64,000 nt of DNA from Thecamonas trahens ATCC 50062 (Eukaryota; Protista; Apusomonadida), in the NCBI RefSeq assembly GCF_000142905.1, contig NW_013657633.1, positions 107,154-171,153 of the forward strand. The letters run 5' to 3'. The notes beneath the pieces are model-generated. The model searched no databases, had not been told where the DNA came from, and saw nothing but the letters and a program-made list of their open reading frames with translations. Every line of letters starts with the position of its first letter. Position 1 is the stretch's first letter. The position numbers and the translations under genes were made by a program. Below, one piece after another: positions 13,501 through 24,883 of the stretch.

Positions 13501-16500
13501 TATCGGGCGAGTCGGTGTAGTCTTCTTCCCGCAAGACCTCGTCTCGCCCGACATGCTCGTCGAAGGCTGGCTCTCTTCGCGCCGGCCCGCCGAGGCCGCT
13601 CTCCTCGCGCCGTTTTTTGCCTCTCTCCTCTCCCCTGTCCTCGAATTTCTCCGCCACACCCCGACTACCGTCGTCCTCCAACCGGAGAGCGCCCGGGTCC
13701 GGACCATGCTCTCGCTCCTCGACGCCCTCCTCGAGCAAGGCGCGCTCAACAACGAAGTCTTTGAGGAAGACCACCTCGAGCGGCTCTTCATCTTTGCTCT
13801 TGCCTGGGGCATCGCCGGTGCCCTGCCCCACACCGACCGCCTCAGGCTGCAGACCTTCCTCTCCTCTGCGACCGTCAACCTGCCGCGGTTCGAGGGTTCA
13901 GAGACCATCTTTGACTTTTATGTCCAAGAGGCATCGACTCATTGGGAGCTCTGGGTCCACCGCGTCCCACACTGGGCATATCCCTCGTCCAACGTCGCCA
14001 TTCCGGATCCGGGCTCGTCGAGGACGCTCTCCTCGCTCTTCTCATCAGCCATCTCACGCGCCCGCGTTCGCGCCGCCGCTCCGGCGCCGGTCGGAGCGTC
14101 CGAGCCTCTCGTAGGCGACGGTGGCATGCTCGGTCCAGGCACGCTCCACTCGGTCTCGCCTGGTGCCGGCTCGGTGGGAGCCGGCGAACGCATCACTTCG
14201 TTCCGTCTTGGCACACAGCAGGGCATGCGCCAGTCGCTTCAGTCGCGGCTGCGGTCGGCGTTGACCGGTCCTGATGCCATGACAAGCATCGCTCCGCTCT
14301 CGTCGACGCTATTTGCGTCGACTGCATCGGCCGCAAAGGCCGTCGCTGGTGGCCCGGGCGCGTCCGGGGCGAGTGGATCTAGCTCAGGAGCCGACGGCAG
14401 TCGCGAGACCGACGACGAGCGCTCGCGTCATAGTCACGCACCACCCGCCGCATCGGCCGGCGAGCAGCTGCGGTCTGGCGGCGACGAGGCGCTCGAAGGT
14501 TTGGTCGCTGTCTCGCCAGCGCTCCCGCACGCTTGGGACGTCGACATCATGGCACTCCATGTGCCAACGCCAATCACGGTTGCCATGTCTTCGCTCATCG
14601 ACTTGCTCCGCAGCTCACAGCACGAGCTCCCGGTTCTGGTTGTCGGTAACGCCGGCTCGGGCAAGTCGTCGCTGGTCAAGCACTACCTCGGCTCGCTCGG
14701 GGATTCGGACTACCATGCCTATGCCTCACTCGCCCTTGGCCCGTTCACCACCACCGCTCAGCTGCAGGCTCAGCTTGAAGGCCGGTTGGTGCGGTCAATC
14801 GGAAATCGGTTTGCGCCGCGCGCAGCCAAGACTCTCACTGTCTTTGTCGACGACCTCGCACGGCCTCGGCCAAATGCCCACGGTGTCCGCCCACCGCTGG
14901 AGTGGCTCCGCACCCTTGTCGAGACCTCGACCTTCCTCTCCTCGTCCAAGTCGTCCGAGCTCAAGGCCGTATCAGGCTTGCAGTACCTCGCCGCCGGCCG
15001 CATGCCGGCCTCAGGCCCGCTTGCCTATCCTGCCCCCGCTGCTGACACGCTCTTCCGTTCGCGGCGGTCGCGGACGTCCATGGCCGCAGGCGGACGGCCT
15101 CCCGGGCTGGCAAGTTCGCCCATGCGTGGCGGCGGCGGTGGCGGTGGTGGTGGTGGCGGTGGCGGCGGGCACATTCGGGCCGGCTCAGATGACTCGCTCA
15201 ACGCCGGCGAGTTTGGCGACGAGCACGTGGAGCTCTCTGGTCCGGGCACCGGCGGCGCTGCGCTCACTATGGGCCGTGCCACAGGTATCGGCCTCGTCCG
15301 CACCCAGCAGGCCCTGCTTCAGGAGCAGCTCGAGGCCGTCATCCACACCAATGCCCGTCGGGTCTCGGCGCTCTCACAGCGACTCGTCGGCAAGTTTGCC
15401 GTCATCCATCTCGATGACTCGAACGAGTCGACGCTCAACGATGTTTACTCGACCCTGGTCCGTGAGGTCTTCCGCGCTGTTGGTCCCACTGACGACGGCG
15501 ACTCGCACATGAACCTCCACATTCTCAACCTGATGGAAAAAACGTGGATGATCACCTATCAACTCTGGTCCGAGGTCAAGGCCAACTTTAAGGCCACGAT
15601 CGAGACGCCGCACTACCTCTTCTCCATGCGCGATCTCTCACGGGTTTTCCAGGGCATGCTTCGTGCCGACCGCTCAGTCTTTATCGACCAGCAGACCATG
15701 CTCAACCTCTGGCGTCACGAGTGCATGCGGGTGTTTGCAGATCGGCTCGTTGCCGATGCAGACGTCGAGTGGCTGACCAAGACCCTGCGCATCCTAGTCG
15801 AGTCGGCCTTTGGCGGTGCCTCGAGCTCCGTCTTTGGCGGCAACACCGTGTTCGTAGACTCACGAGTTCTTGCCCACATCAACACCTCGGTTCGTGTCGC
15901 TGGCCTCCCCTCAGCACTCTCCAGAGCCGAGTACGTGCCAGAACCCGTGGCCCGGTCTGGCCCCAAGATCTCGAACCACACGCTCTCCGACACCGTCCAC
16001 TACACTGGTCGAGGCGGAGGCCACATCACTGACTCAATCGACGGTAGCGGCCCGGCCTCTGCTGGTGATGACCTCATGTCTGGGGCCTCGGGCGTGTTCG
16101 GTGGTGCACGGGGAAGCTTTGTCGATGGCAAGTGGGAGGGTCCTCCCGGCTCGACGGCTCCCATCTCTCCCGCTGCAAGCTACCAGCCTGTCTCATCGCT
16201 CTCTTGGCTTCAGGAGGTCATTGTCGACATGGTCCAGGTGTACAACACCCAGCACCCGCTACAGCCGTGCTCGATGGCAGTGGTTCACGGTGCTGTCCAT
16301 CACGTCTTCCGCATTGCGCGCGTGCTCACCCTTCCGCGCGGCCACTTGGTGCTTGTCAGCCCGTCGCCGCTCGGTATGCACTCGCTCGGCAAGCTTGCCG
16401 CCCACGTCTCAGGCGTAATCTCGCTCGACCTGGCTGCCGCCGCCGCGCCGGAAGCCCGATGGGGCCCGGCGCGCGCCAGTGGCGCATATGCCGCCTCGGC

Positions 16501-19500
16501 AGTGGGCGGCGACCTGCCGACCTTCTCTGAGCACTGCTCCATCCCGGTCCCGGGCGTCCCGCTCCGCACGGTCCCGCTCGCCGACGCAGCCTCGGCCAAG
16601 CATCCAGTTTCTGACCGCCACGATGGCAGCGGTCTCACTGGCGGCTCGCCACTTCCCGCCGTGGGCCTTCGCGGCAGCCACGAGTCATCGTTGACATTTG
16701 GCGCGATGTACAACCTTTCGCCCGAGTGTCTCGCCCACCTCAAGCAGGCATTCCTCTTTGCTGGCGCAGAGGGCAAGCCGACAGCGCTGCATCTGGATGC
16801 CAGCGAGGAGAGCAGCCGCCGTTCTCCGCTGCTGGACGTCCTCGACCTGTTCTTCACCTCGGGTGAGCTGGCTGGTCTGTTCTCGCCATCTGAGCTCGTC
16901 GCCATCTATCGTGACCTCAAGCCGGTGTACATCAAGACCATGTTCTGCGCGGCCGCGGCGCGGACGCTCGGTGTGGCGGCGTCGTCAGTCCCACACGCTT
17001 CGGGTGTCTACGCCCTCAACATTCTTCTTGCTCGCCTCCTCCACGGTGAGCTGACCGCAGTCCCGATCACTGTCGAGGAGGCCGAGACCATGCGGGCGGC
17101 GTTTGACAATGTTCCCGGCGAGGTGCCCCAGGCCGAGCCCGAAGCTCCTGGTCGCGAGAGCTCGTTCGGCCGTGGCTACGCCGGCGAAGAGCCAGAAGCG
17201 TCCAAGCGGCCAAGCACGGTAGCATCGACGGCAACACCTCAACAGCAGACCAAGTCGGCGGTGGTGGATCTGGATGAGTCGCGCCGTGACGCTATCCTTG
17301 CGCTCTCCAAGCTCATGGAGAGCCTCGTCGCAACGCCGTTTCTTGACCTCTGTCGGTCGTGGCCGGCTGAGCTGCTCTCGCAGACTGACAGCCCGGTCCC
17401 ATTCACCCCCGTCGGCATGACTGTTGCTGCTGGCGATGGCACTGCTGCTGGAGGTGGAGGTGGCCATGGTGGTGGAAGCCGCCGCTCGCCGACGTCGGGA
17501 AAGGCCAGTCGGGGTGCGTCCGAGTCTGGTGCGTCCGATCTGATTTCGCTCGCGCTACAGGCGTACGAAGCGCTCACCGAAGAGGAGCTCAACATGATGT
17601 ACGAGCAGGTGAGCTCGCGGATGCTGTATTCGTTCTTCATCTCGCGAGTCCAGCAACTTCTCCATGTTGTGATCAACACCACGCCCGAGAGCCTCAGCCC
17701 GCTTGTACAAGACTACAGCGGTGTGGTCAAGGTCGCACACACTCTCTATCTTCGGCCGTGGAACCGGCAGTCGATGCTGGCGGCGATTCGGGCTCGCATC
17801 AACCGTGCCGAACTCCAGTGTGGCGGGCCGATGAAGGAGCGCCTGCTGCAGACGCTTGTGGCTGTCCACGGTGTGGCGCTCAAGGTCCGGCTCCCGCTTC
17901 GGCTCCGTGGCCTCGGTGCCAATACTGCACACTGTTTCGCCTTTGTTGAGACGTTCAAGTCGATGTACGCCAACACAGTCGCCGGCCTGCAGGCTGACCA
18001 GCTGCGCATGCAGCAGGCGCGGAAGCACCTGGAAGAGGCACACGCCTCTATCGGTGTCCTCGAGTCGCTGGTTGTCGAGCAAGAGGCTGCCGTTGCGTCG
18101 GCCAACGACTCGCTCTCTTCTCTCCTCGACGCCATTACCGATGCCACCATGGCGCTGGAGCAGACCAAGGTGGCACTCGCACGAATGCGGCTGCGGATCG
18201 AGCAGGTCTCGCAGGCGTCGTCCTTGTTGTCAGACACCGTTATCGATGAGGCTCGCGTTGTCAAGCCGTACAAGGCTCCGGTCGAGGCAGCGCTCAAGTC
18301 ACTCGACGATGCCGCAATCATCTCGGAAGTTGTTGATCGCTCCAGCGAGCCGCCGTCGATTGCGCTGGCGCTCCTCCTCGACGCGGTCATGTTCGTGGCT
18401 GGGCTCAAGGTCCGACATCGGCCGGACGAGGCGCACGACGACGAGTTGGCCACCGCCATGCTTGTCCACGCTTCGGAGGCTGCCACCGGCTCAGACCTCT
18501 TTGTGCGGCTCGGAACATCACCGGCGGTGGCAGTGGCCGGGACGCTGCCAGCCGGTGGTGCCGCCGCTGTCCTCCGACTCCCTGTCTCGCCGTCCAAGTG
18601 GAATGAGATCCGCCGCCAGCTCGGCACGCCGGAGAAGTTTGAGCGTGCGCTGGAAATCCTCGACGAGGTGCTTGGGTCCAAGCTCTATGCGCTCTCGGAC
18701 GAGGTGGTTGATCTTGTGGCGCCGCTAGTTGAGCATCCGCTCCTCACCGACGCGTTGCTGGCCGAGCTTGCACCTGCGTATGTCGACCTGCGACACCTCT
18801 TCTTGGCAGTACTCGAGTATCACGCGGCGTCGGTTTTCCTCCGGCCTGTCCTCCTACAAATAGTTTACAACGACGCGCTGGTGAGCATGCTTGAGGGCCA
18901 GGTGGCCGAGCGCGAGGCAGAGCTGGAGAAGGCGCTCGCAGCTCGGGCGAAGCTGCAGGCCGAGTACGATGCCAAGTTGCTTGACAAGCAGAAGCGGGTG
19001 AACCAGCTGGGGAAGCTGACCACCCGTCTCGAGTCGGTCAACCGGCTGGTGGCGTCGCTCGACTCCGAGCGGGCGACGCTGGCCAACGCGGAAGACATGA
19101 CTCAGGCTCGCATCGAGGTCGCGCTCGGCCAGTCGGTGCAGCGCGCAGCGTTTGTGGTATACGCTGGTTCGATGCCGGCCGCGCTGCGGCTGGTCTTCAT
19201 GAAGGACGTCCGCGGAGTGTGCATTACCAACCGGCTTGCCGGCGCAACGACGGCCGTTTCTCAGGTCCGTGCCACGGTGGCGTCCGCTGGCGACAATCCG
19301 TTTGGACGGCGGGCCGGCCAGGTCTCGTCGATGCGTCTCTCGTCGATGCGGACAAGCGCCAAGTCCAAGGGCTCAGGCAGGACCGGTCACACCCGTGAAG
19401 GCTCGTCAGGCTCGGGTCGACGAACGGCCTCTCCTGTCGGAATGGCCAGCGTCGCCGGGCTAGACACCTCGTCCCCATCTGCGCTCAACGCCGAGGATGC

Positions 19501-22500
19501 TGAGGCGCTTGCCGAGCAGGCCGCGCTTCTGGACAAGGTTATCTGCGAGAACTCACCGCGGCCGGTCGTGTTTTCGCTGACAGCGCTGTGCGATGCTGCG
19601 GCGTCGAGCGACGCCGCGTCGGTTGGGCTGACCTCGTTCTCGGGGTCGGCGGTGGCGCTCTCGGCGCTCATGGCTGAGGAGCCTGGCTACCAGGACGCAC
19701 TCGCCGAGTGGGCAGCCATCGGGCTGCCGTGCGACGAGATCTCGTTGCTCAACGTGTACCTCATGCGCGGCTCGCGAGCGGCGCCGGGGCGGTACATGGA
19801 CGGCTTGACTCAGTGGCCGCTGCTGCTAGACCCAGATGGCGTCGGCCTGACGTGGATTAGGCACCTTGAGCGCGGTGCGGGCCTGGTCGTGACCTCGCCC
19901 ATGCGGTCCGACTTTGTCGAAACGCTTCGGATGTGCGTGGTCGAGGGCTTGCCGCTCGTGGTTGAGGACGTGTCCGGCGCGAGCTACGCCCTGCTTAAGC
20001 CGCTCCTCCACGGCAACGTTGTTGGCGTGGGCAAGCAGCTGCGGGTGCTGATCGGTGGCAGAGAGGTCGAGTACTCGCCGATGTTCCGGCTGTACCTGGT
20101 GAGCCAGCCGTCGGTCTTTGACGTCGACACGCCGTGTAAGCGCTCGAGCAAAGGTCCGGACGGAGCATCGCTGCCAGGTGCGTTCTTTGGCTCGGCTGCG
20201 TCGGCGCTACTGGCGGCAACCATGGTCATTGACTTTACGCTCACTGCGGCGGCAATGACCGAGGCGCTGCTCTCGCGGGTAGTCCAACGCGAGCGGCCCG
20301 ATGTCGAGGCAGAGCGGCCGATCCTTCTCAACGAGCTGGTCACGGTCTTGCGCGAGCGGGCGGCAGCGCGGCGGCAGCTCTCGCAGCTTCTTGCAGCGAC
20401 AGCGTCTGCGCGCCGCAAGCGGCGGCGGCGCAAGCGGCAGATGCGGCGCAAGCGGCGTGCCGAGCGCAAGGCTCGCGCCACAGGAGAAGACGCTAGCATT
20501 GACCGGAGCTGCTCCTCGGTCGGCTCACGGAGCGAGTCGTCGGGCGAAGACTCGTCTTGGCACTCATCAGCAAGTTCGGGTCACGCCGGCGCGGGCGAAA
20601 GCCATGCGCTGGGTGTCCAGGGTGCCCAGGCCGGTGACGATGGCGAGTCGCAACGGTCTGACGATGGGTCAATGCTACTGGTTGAGGCCTCGGGCCGCAG
20701 CATGGAGGGCATGCTCGTTTCGGGCAAGCAGATTGACGAGCTGGGCAAGGTCAAGGCGCACTTGGAGAAGCTTGACGAGAGCGTGCTCGACGTGGCGCGG
20801 CAGGTTGCTCGGATGATGGATGCACGCGAGGTGTACTTGCCTGTGGCGCTCCGAGCTGCAGCGCTCAACGGGTTCCTCCACGAGCAGGTTGCGCCACTGT
20901 ACCCGATGGCGGCCATTGCGCTGCCAATGTACGTGCGGCTGTTTGAGTTTGCGATCCGGGCCGCGGTGCGAGCGGTCCAGCCGGAGAAGCGAGTGATCCA
21001 CATTGCTGACGCGCTGACCGAGGCCGTATACGGGTTTGTCGCACATGCGCTCAACGAGCAGCAGCGGCTGCACTTTGCCTTTCTGCTAGCGGTCAACACC
21101 GATTTTGAGTGTGGCGGCGTGAGCGCAGCTGCCATCCAGATGCTGTTCGAGACCGGAGCGGGCCATCTCGGCTCGCTCAGTGACTTTGCGCACGGTGCAG
21201 TGCCGACAGCCGGGCCGTCGCACGCGTCAGGTGGAGGTGGTGGGAGCGGGAGTGGAGGTGAGTCCGGCGGAAGGCCGAGCTCGTCGCGGCGGTCGCGTCC
21301 GTCGACGCCGGCCAACAAAGGTGAGCGGCTGGGGGCCGGAATGCAGCGAGGCGGCGGCTCGACGACATCGCTTGTCTCTGGAGCCGGCGACGACGACGAC
21401 GCCGCAAGCGGCAGCGAAGGCGGCGGCGGACCTGGTGATGACGAGAGCGTAGCTTCGACTCGCCCAAGTGGATCGCGCAAAACTGCCGGCGGCGACGGTG
21501 CACTCCATGTGTTCGGCACGGTGTATCGGCACGTTACCAAGCCGCACGCGTGGATTACGGACGAGGCTTGGGCCCGGATCGAGGCGCTGTGTGCTATGTT
21601 TGCGCCTCTGGCGACCCTCAATCAGACGATTGCACTCAACGTCAACGCATGGCAAGAGTGGTTCGAGTCTGAGGATCCAGAGGCGCGGCCGTTTGTTGAC
21701 TTGCGGCGCGAGAGCGGCGAGTACGCGGTCTCGGCCTTTCTGCACGCGCTGGTCACTCTCGCACTGCGGCCCGACCGGTGGCCAGCGACGGTGAACCGAT
21801 ACGTAGAGAACGTGCTTGGTGCGGGATTCCGGGTCACGGCCTACTTTCCGCTCTCACTCGCCAAGATGATGCTGGTCTCAGACCCATCTGCGCCGGTCTT
21901 TGTCCACGAGGCGTATGCCGGTGCCGATGCGCTGCCGCTCCTCCAGCGGTGGGCCGAGGCGGTGCCGGGCATGGTTGACATGTACGTCACGTCTGTCATG
22001 CCAAGCGACATCGAATCGCCGTTCCGACTCCTCGCCATTGCGCGCAAGTGCATGTACGAGGGCTGGTGGCTGGTGCTGCAGAACGCGAGCGAGGCGCCGC
22101 AGCTGGTGGAGGCTCTTGTCGAACTGGTGAGCAAGGAGCAGCTCATGTCGTCTGGCGTGCTTGTCACTGGCTCACCACTTCTTGGCGCTGGTGCGCATGT
22201 GCACACCACGTTCCGCGAGGACATTGAGTCGAGGTGGCGCGGCTCGCTGCTGCTCTCGGGCTCGGGTCGCGGCATGCCGAGGCGCCGGAGTGACGGCGGG
22301 CAGGTCCGGCCGTCGTCGGGGGTGGAGCGGCGAAACCGCCGGAACGCCGCCAGTGAGCGCCATGGCTCGGATGCTCGGGCGAGCGCCAGTCGGGGGGACG
22401 GCGGCGAGGCCACCGGCTCGGTATCGACACAGAGTCGAACCAAGAGCTCCCGGGCAGCACAGGCGCGCCGGCTCCTGGGGCTCGGCGAGTACGCGTCGCT

Positions 22501-24883
22501 GGCGCGAACCGGGCGGCATCTGCAGCCAGGCGTGCCGTCGCGGCGGCACACGGTGTCGGCGATGTTCCGGCTTATTGTGCCGCTGCAGGACATTAGCGAG
22601 GTCGAGCCGGGTCTCCTGGCGTCGGGGGTGAAGCTGCGGTTGGAGGCGCCAGCGGGGCTCCGTGCCGAGATGCTGGCATGGCTCGAGTGGGTAGCCGAGA
22701 CCGACTTGCTCCGGGTTCGCATTGCGACCTGGCCACAGCTCGTCTTTGCGCTCGTCTTTGCCTTTGCGCTCATCCAGGGGCGGATCAAGTTTGGCAAGGT
22801 CGGCTTTGCCTCGGAGCGAGTCATGCTCTCGTGGCTCCACCTCCGGGCGGCGCTCGACCAGCTGGAGACGATTGTGTCCGAGGCTGCGAACGCGGCCGGT
22901 GTGGTAGTGTCCGAGGCTGACCCGTCGGTCGACGATGCCGAGAACGCAAGCGAGGGCCCGTCAGTCGGGAGCGGTGACGGCGCGGACGCGTCGTCGCGGC
23001 GGAGCTCGCGCGACAGTGGCAGCAAGACCAGCAAGCGCACACGAGGGCTGGAGAAGGTCATCAAGCTTCCGTGGTCACTCATCCGGTTTGTGGTGGCCGA
23101 GACCATCGGCTCGGCCCTGACGTCAGACGCGGACCGCCGGGTGGTCAGCGTTGTCGTCGACAACATCTTTACCAAGCACATGTTCGACAAAGCATTCTCG
23201 TTTGACGTCTATGAGACGGCGCGGCTGGTGGGTGACGACCGGCGGCCGATGTACAAGCTGCCTGTCCTGCCGCCGAGCGGTAGTGGAACAGGCTCGTCGG
23301 GGCGGTTGGTCATGGATGCCCTCTACGCCGAGGTGCTGTCGTGGCCCGAGCACGAGCCGCCGTCGCTGTACGGGCTCTCGCCAGCTGTTGTCTCGGCAAA
23401 AATCAACGAGCGGACGCGGCAGATGCTGCTGGAGATGCAGCAGCTGTACGCGTTCAACCCGCGACTGGGTGAGGCGTTTTGCGAGTCGCTCGGCGCGCGG
23501 GCACCGGGCGTGACAGTGCCGGCCCGTCCGCGAGAGCGGGCATGGGGCGCGGCGGTCTCGCCGTCGATGTCTGTCGCGCTGGCGACAAAGGCCGCAGGTA
23601 TGGCGGCGTGGTGGGCACGGAACCCGCTGCCACTGAGGGCTCTGCTCCCGTACTCATCCAAAGAGCTGCTCAAGGTGCTGAAAACGATGCAGGAAAGCAT
23701 TCCGCTCGCGCTGGTCCACGGGCAGCTCCGCGACCGACTGCGGAGCATGCCGAGCTCATCGCCGTTCCGCGAGGTGCTCGCCTTTGAGGTGAGCGAGCTG
23801 GAGCGTGTGGTTTTCAAGGTGCAGGAGGCGATGGTACTTGTGCGGTATGGGCTCTCGTGCGGAGTGCTCGGCCTGTACCAGGCGCACCGGTGGATGCAGC
23901 ATCCAGACGTGGGGTGCACGGCGTGGGAGGTTGCGCGGCGGCACGATACGCTGGGCGCGTTTGCGAGCCCGTCGCGCGGCTCGCGCAGTGGTGATGGGAG
24001 CGGCCGGCGCGGTGGCGGGGTGCGGCCGCTGGCGGTGATGGTCAGCTCTGTCGCGCGAATTCCGCAGGCAACTGGACTGGAGGATGACATCGACGTGGAG
24101 CGCAGTGCGGCACTGGCGGCCGAGTGGTCGGGCGTGGTGGCGCACTTTTTCGAGCTCGTCCACGCCATGAACTTTGGCCTGGTCCCGCCGTCGTGGCAAG
24201 ACTGGTCGTGGGGTGCCAAGGATCTCGGGGCGTGGCTGGCCGGCCTCGCGGCGCGCGGCGACCAGCTCTCGGCTTGGCTCAAACGGGAGCGGACGCCGAT
24301 GGTGTGGCTTGGTGGCCTTTTTGGTCCAGCCGAGTTCCTCCATGCCCTCAAGCGCAAGGTGGTGGGCGACCACCCCGGGTGGCAGCTCGAGAACGTGGTA
24401 CTGTACGCCGAGGTGACGAACCGCGAGCGCGAACAGTACAACACGTCGCCAACCGATGGTGCGTATGTCTACGGGCTGCTGCTCGAGGGTGCGTCGTGGG
24501 CCGGCGGCAAGCTTGTCGAGGCGCCGCCGAACTCGCTCCGTAAGACCATGCCGGTCACCGTCATCACTGTCCTCCAGCGCAAGGACCGGCCGCGTCATCG
24601 CGCAAACGCCTACGCCGCGCCGCTCTTCCTCTCGCCGCAGCGGAGCACGCGGCTTATGATGGTCGACCTGCCGACCGATGTCGATGCCAAGCGGTGTGTT
24701 GCGCGGGAATCGCCTTGCTTGCGCGTGAGTGACCGTGTGGGCAGGCACGCCAGTGAGCACCGCTGGGTAAATATCTGTGACGCTGGGTGTTGGAGGGGTG
24801 TGGGACAGATTACAGGTTTAACGCAGCAGTGCGGGTTTCTCACTTGCGCTCGCCGAGGCCTAGCGCGACGGCGCGCGGGTTGA
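4516..24883 (+). CDS. Giant divergent axonemal dynein heavy chain (DNAH5/8 outer-arm gamma-like), split over 3 frames by single-base deficits at ~9895 and ~10830
   Basis: Tail motif [29 protein letters not shown]. Linker motifs RHW and LELKRSAFPRFYFVSD. AAA1 YEYIGAAPRLVVT and GPPSSGKSET. AAA2 GPPGTGKST and MVLDAPVDPVW. AAA3 GNAGSGKS and VFVDDL. PHYLFSMRDLSRVFQGML. Stalk coiled coil. AAA5 WPLLLDPDG. C-terminal WLGGLFGP and GAYVYGLLLEGASW. The exact 3' end is uncertain. Confidence 0.9.

Noticed and set aside
24700-24883. Dynein C-terminal 60 aa as a genuine dual-coding overlap with SMC4
   Set aside because: Similarity fades after DLPTDVDAKR and the usual W..RGVAL ending is not clear. A terminal intron or another indel may change the true stop.
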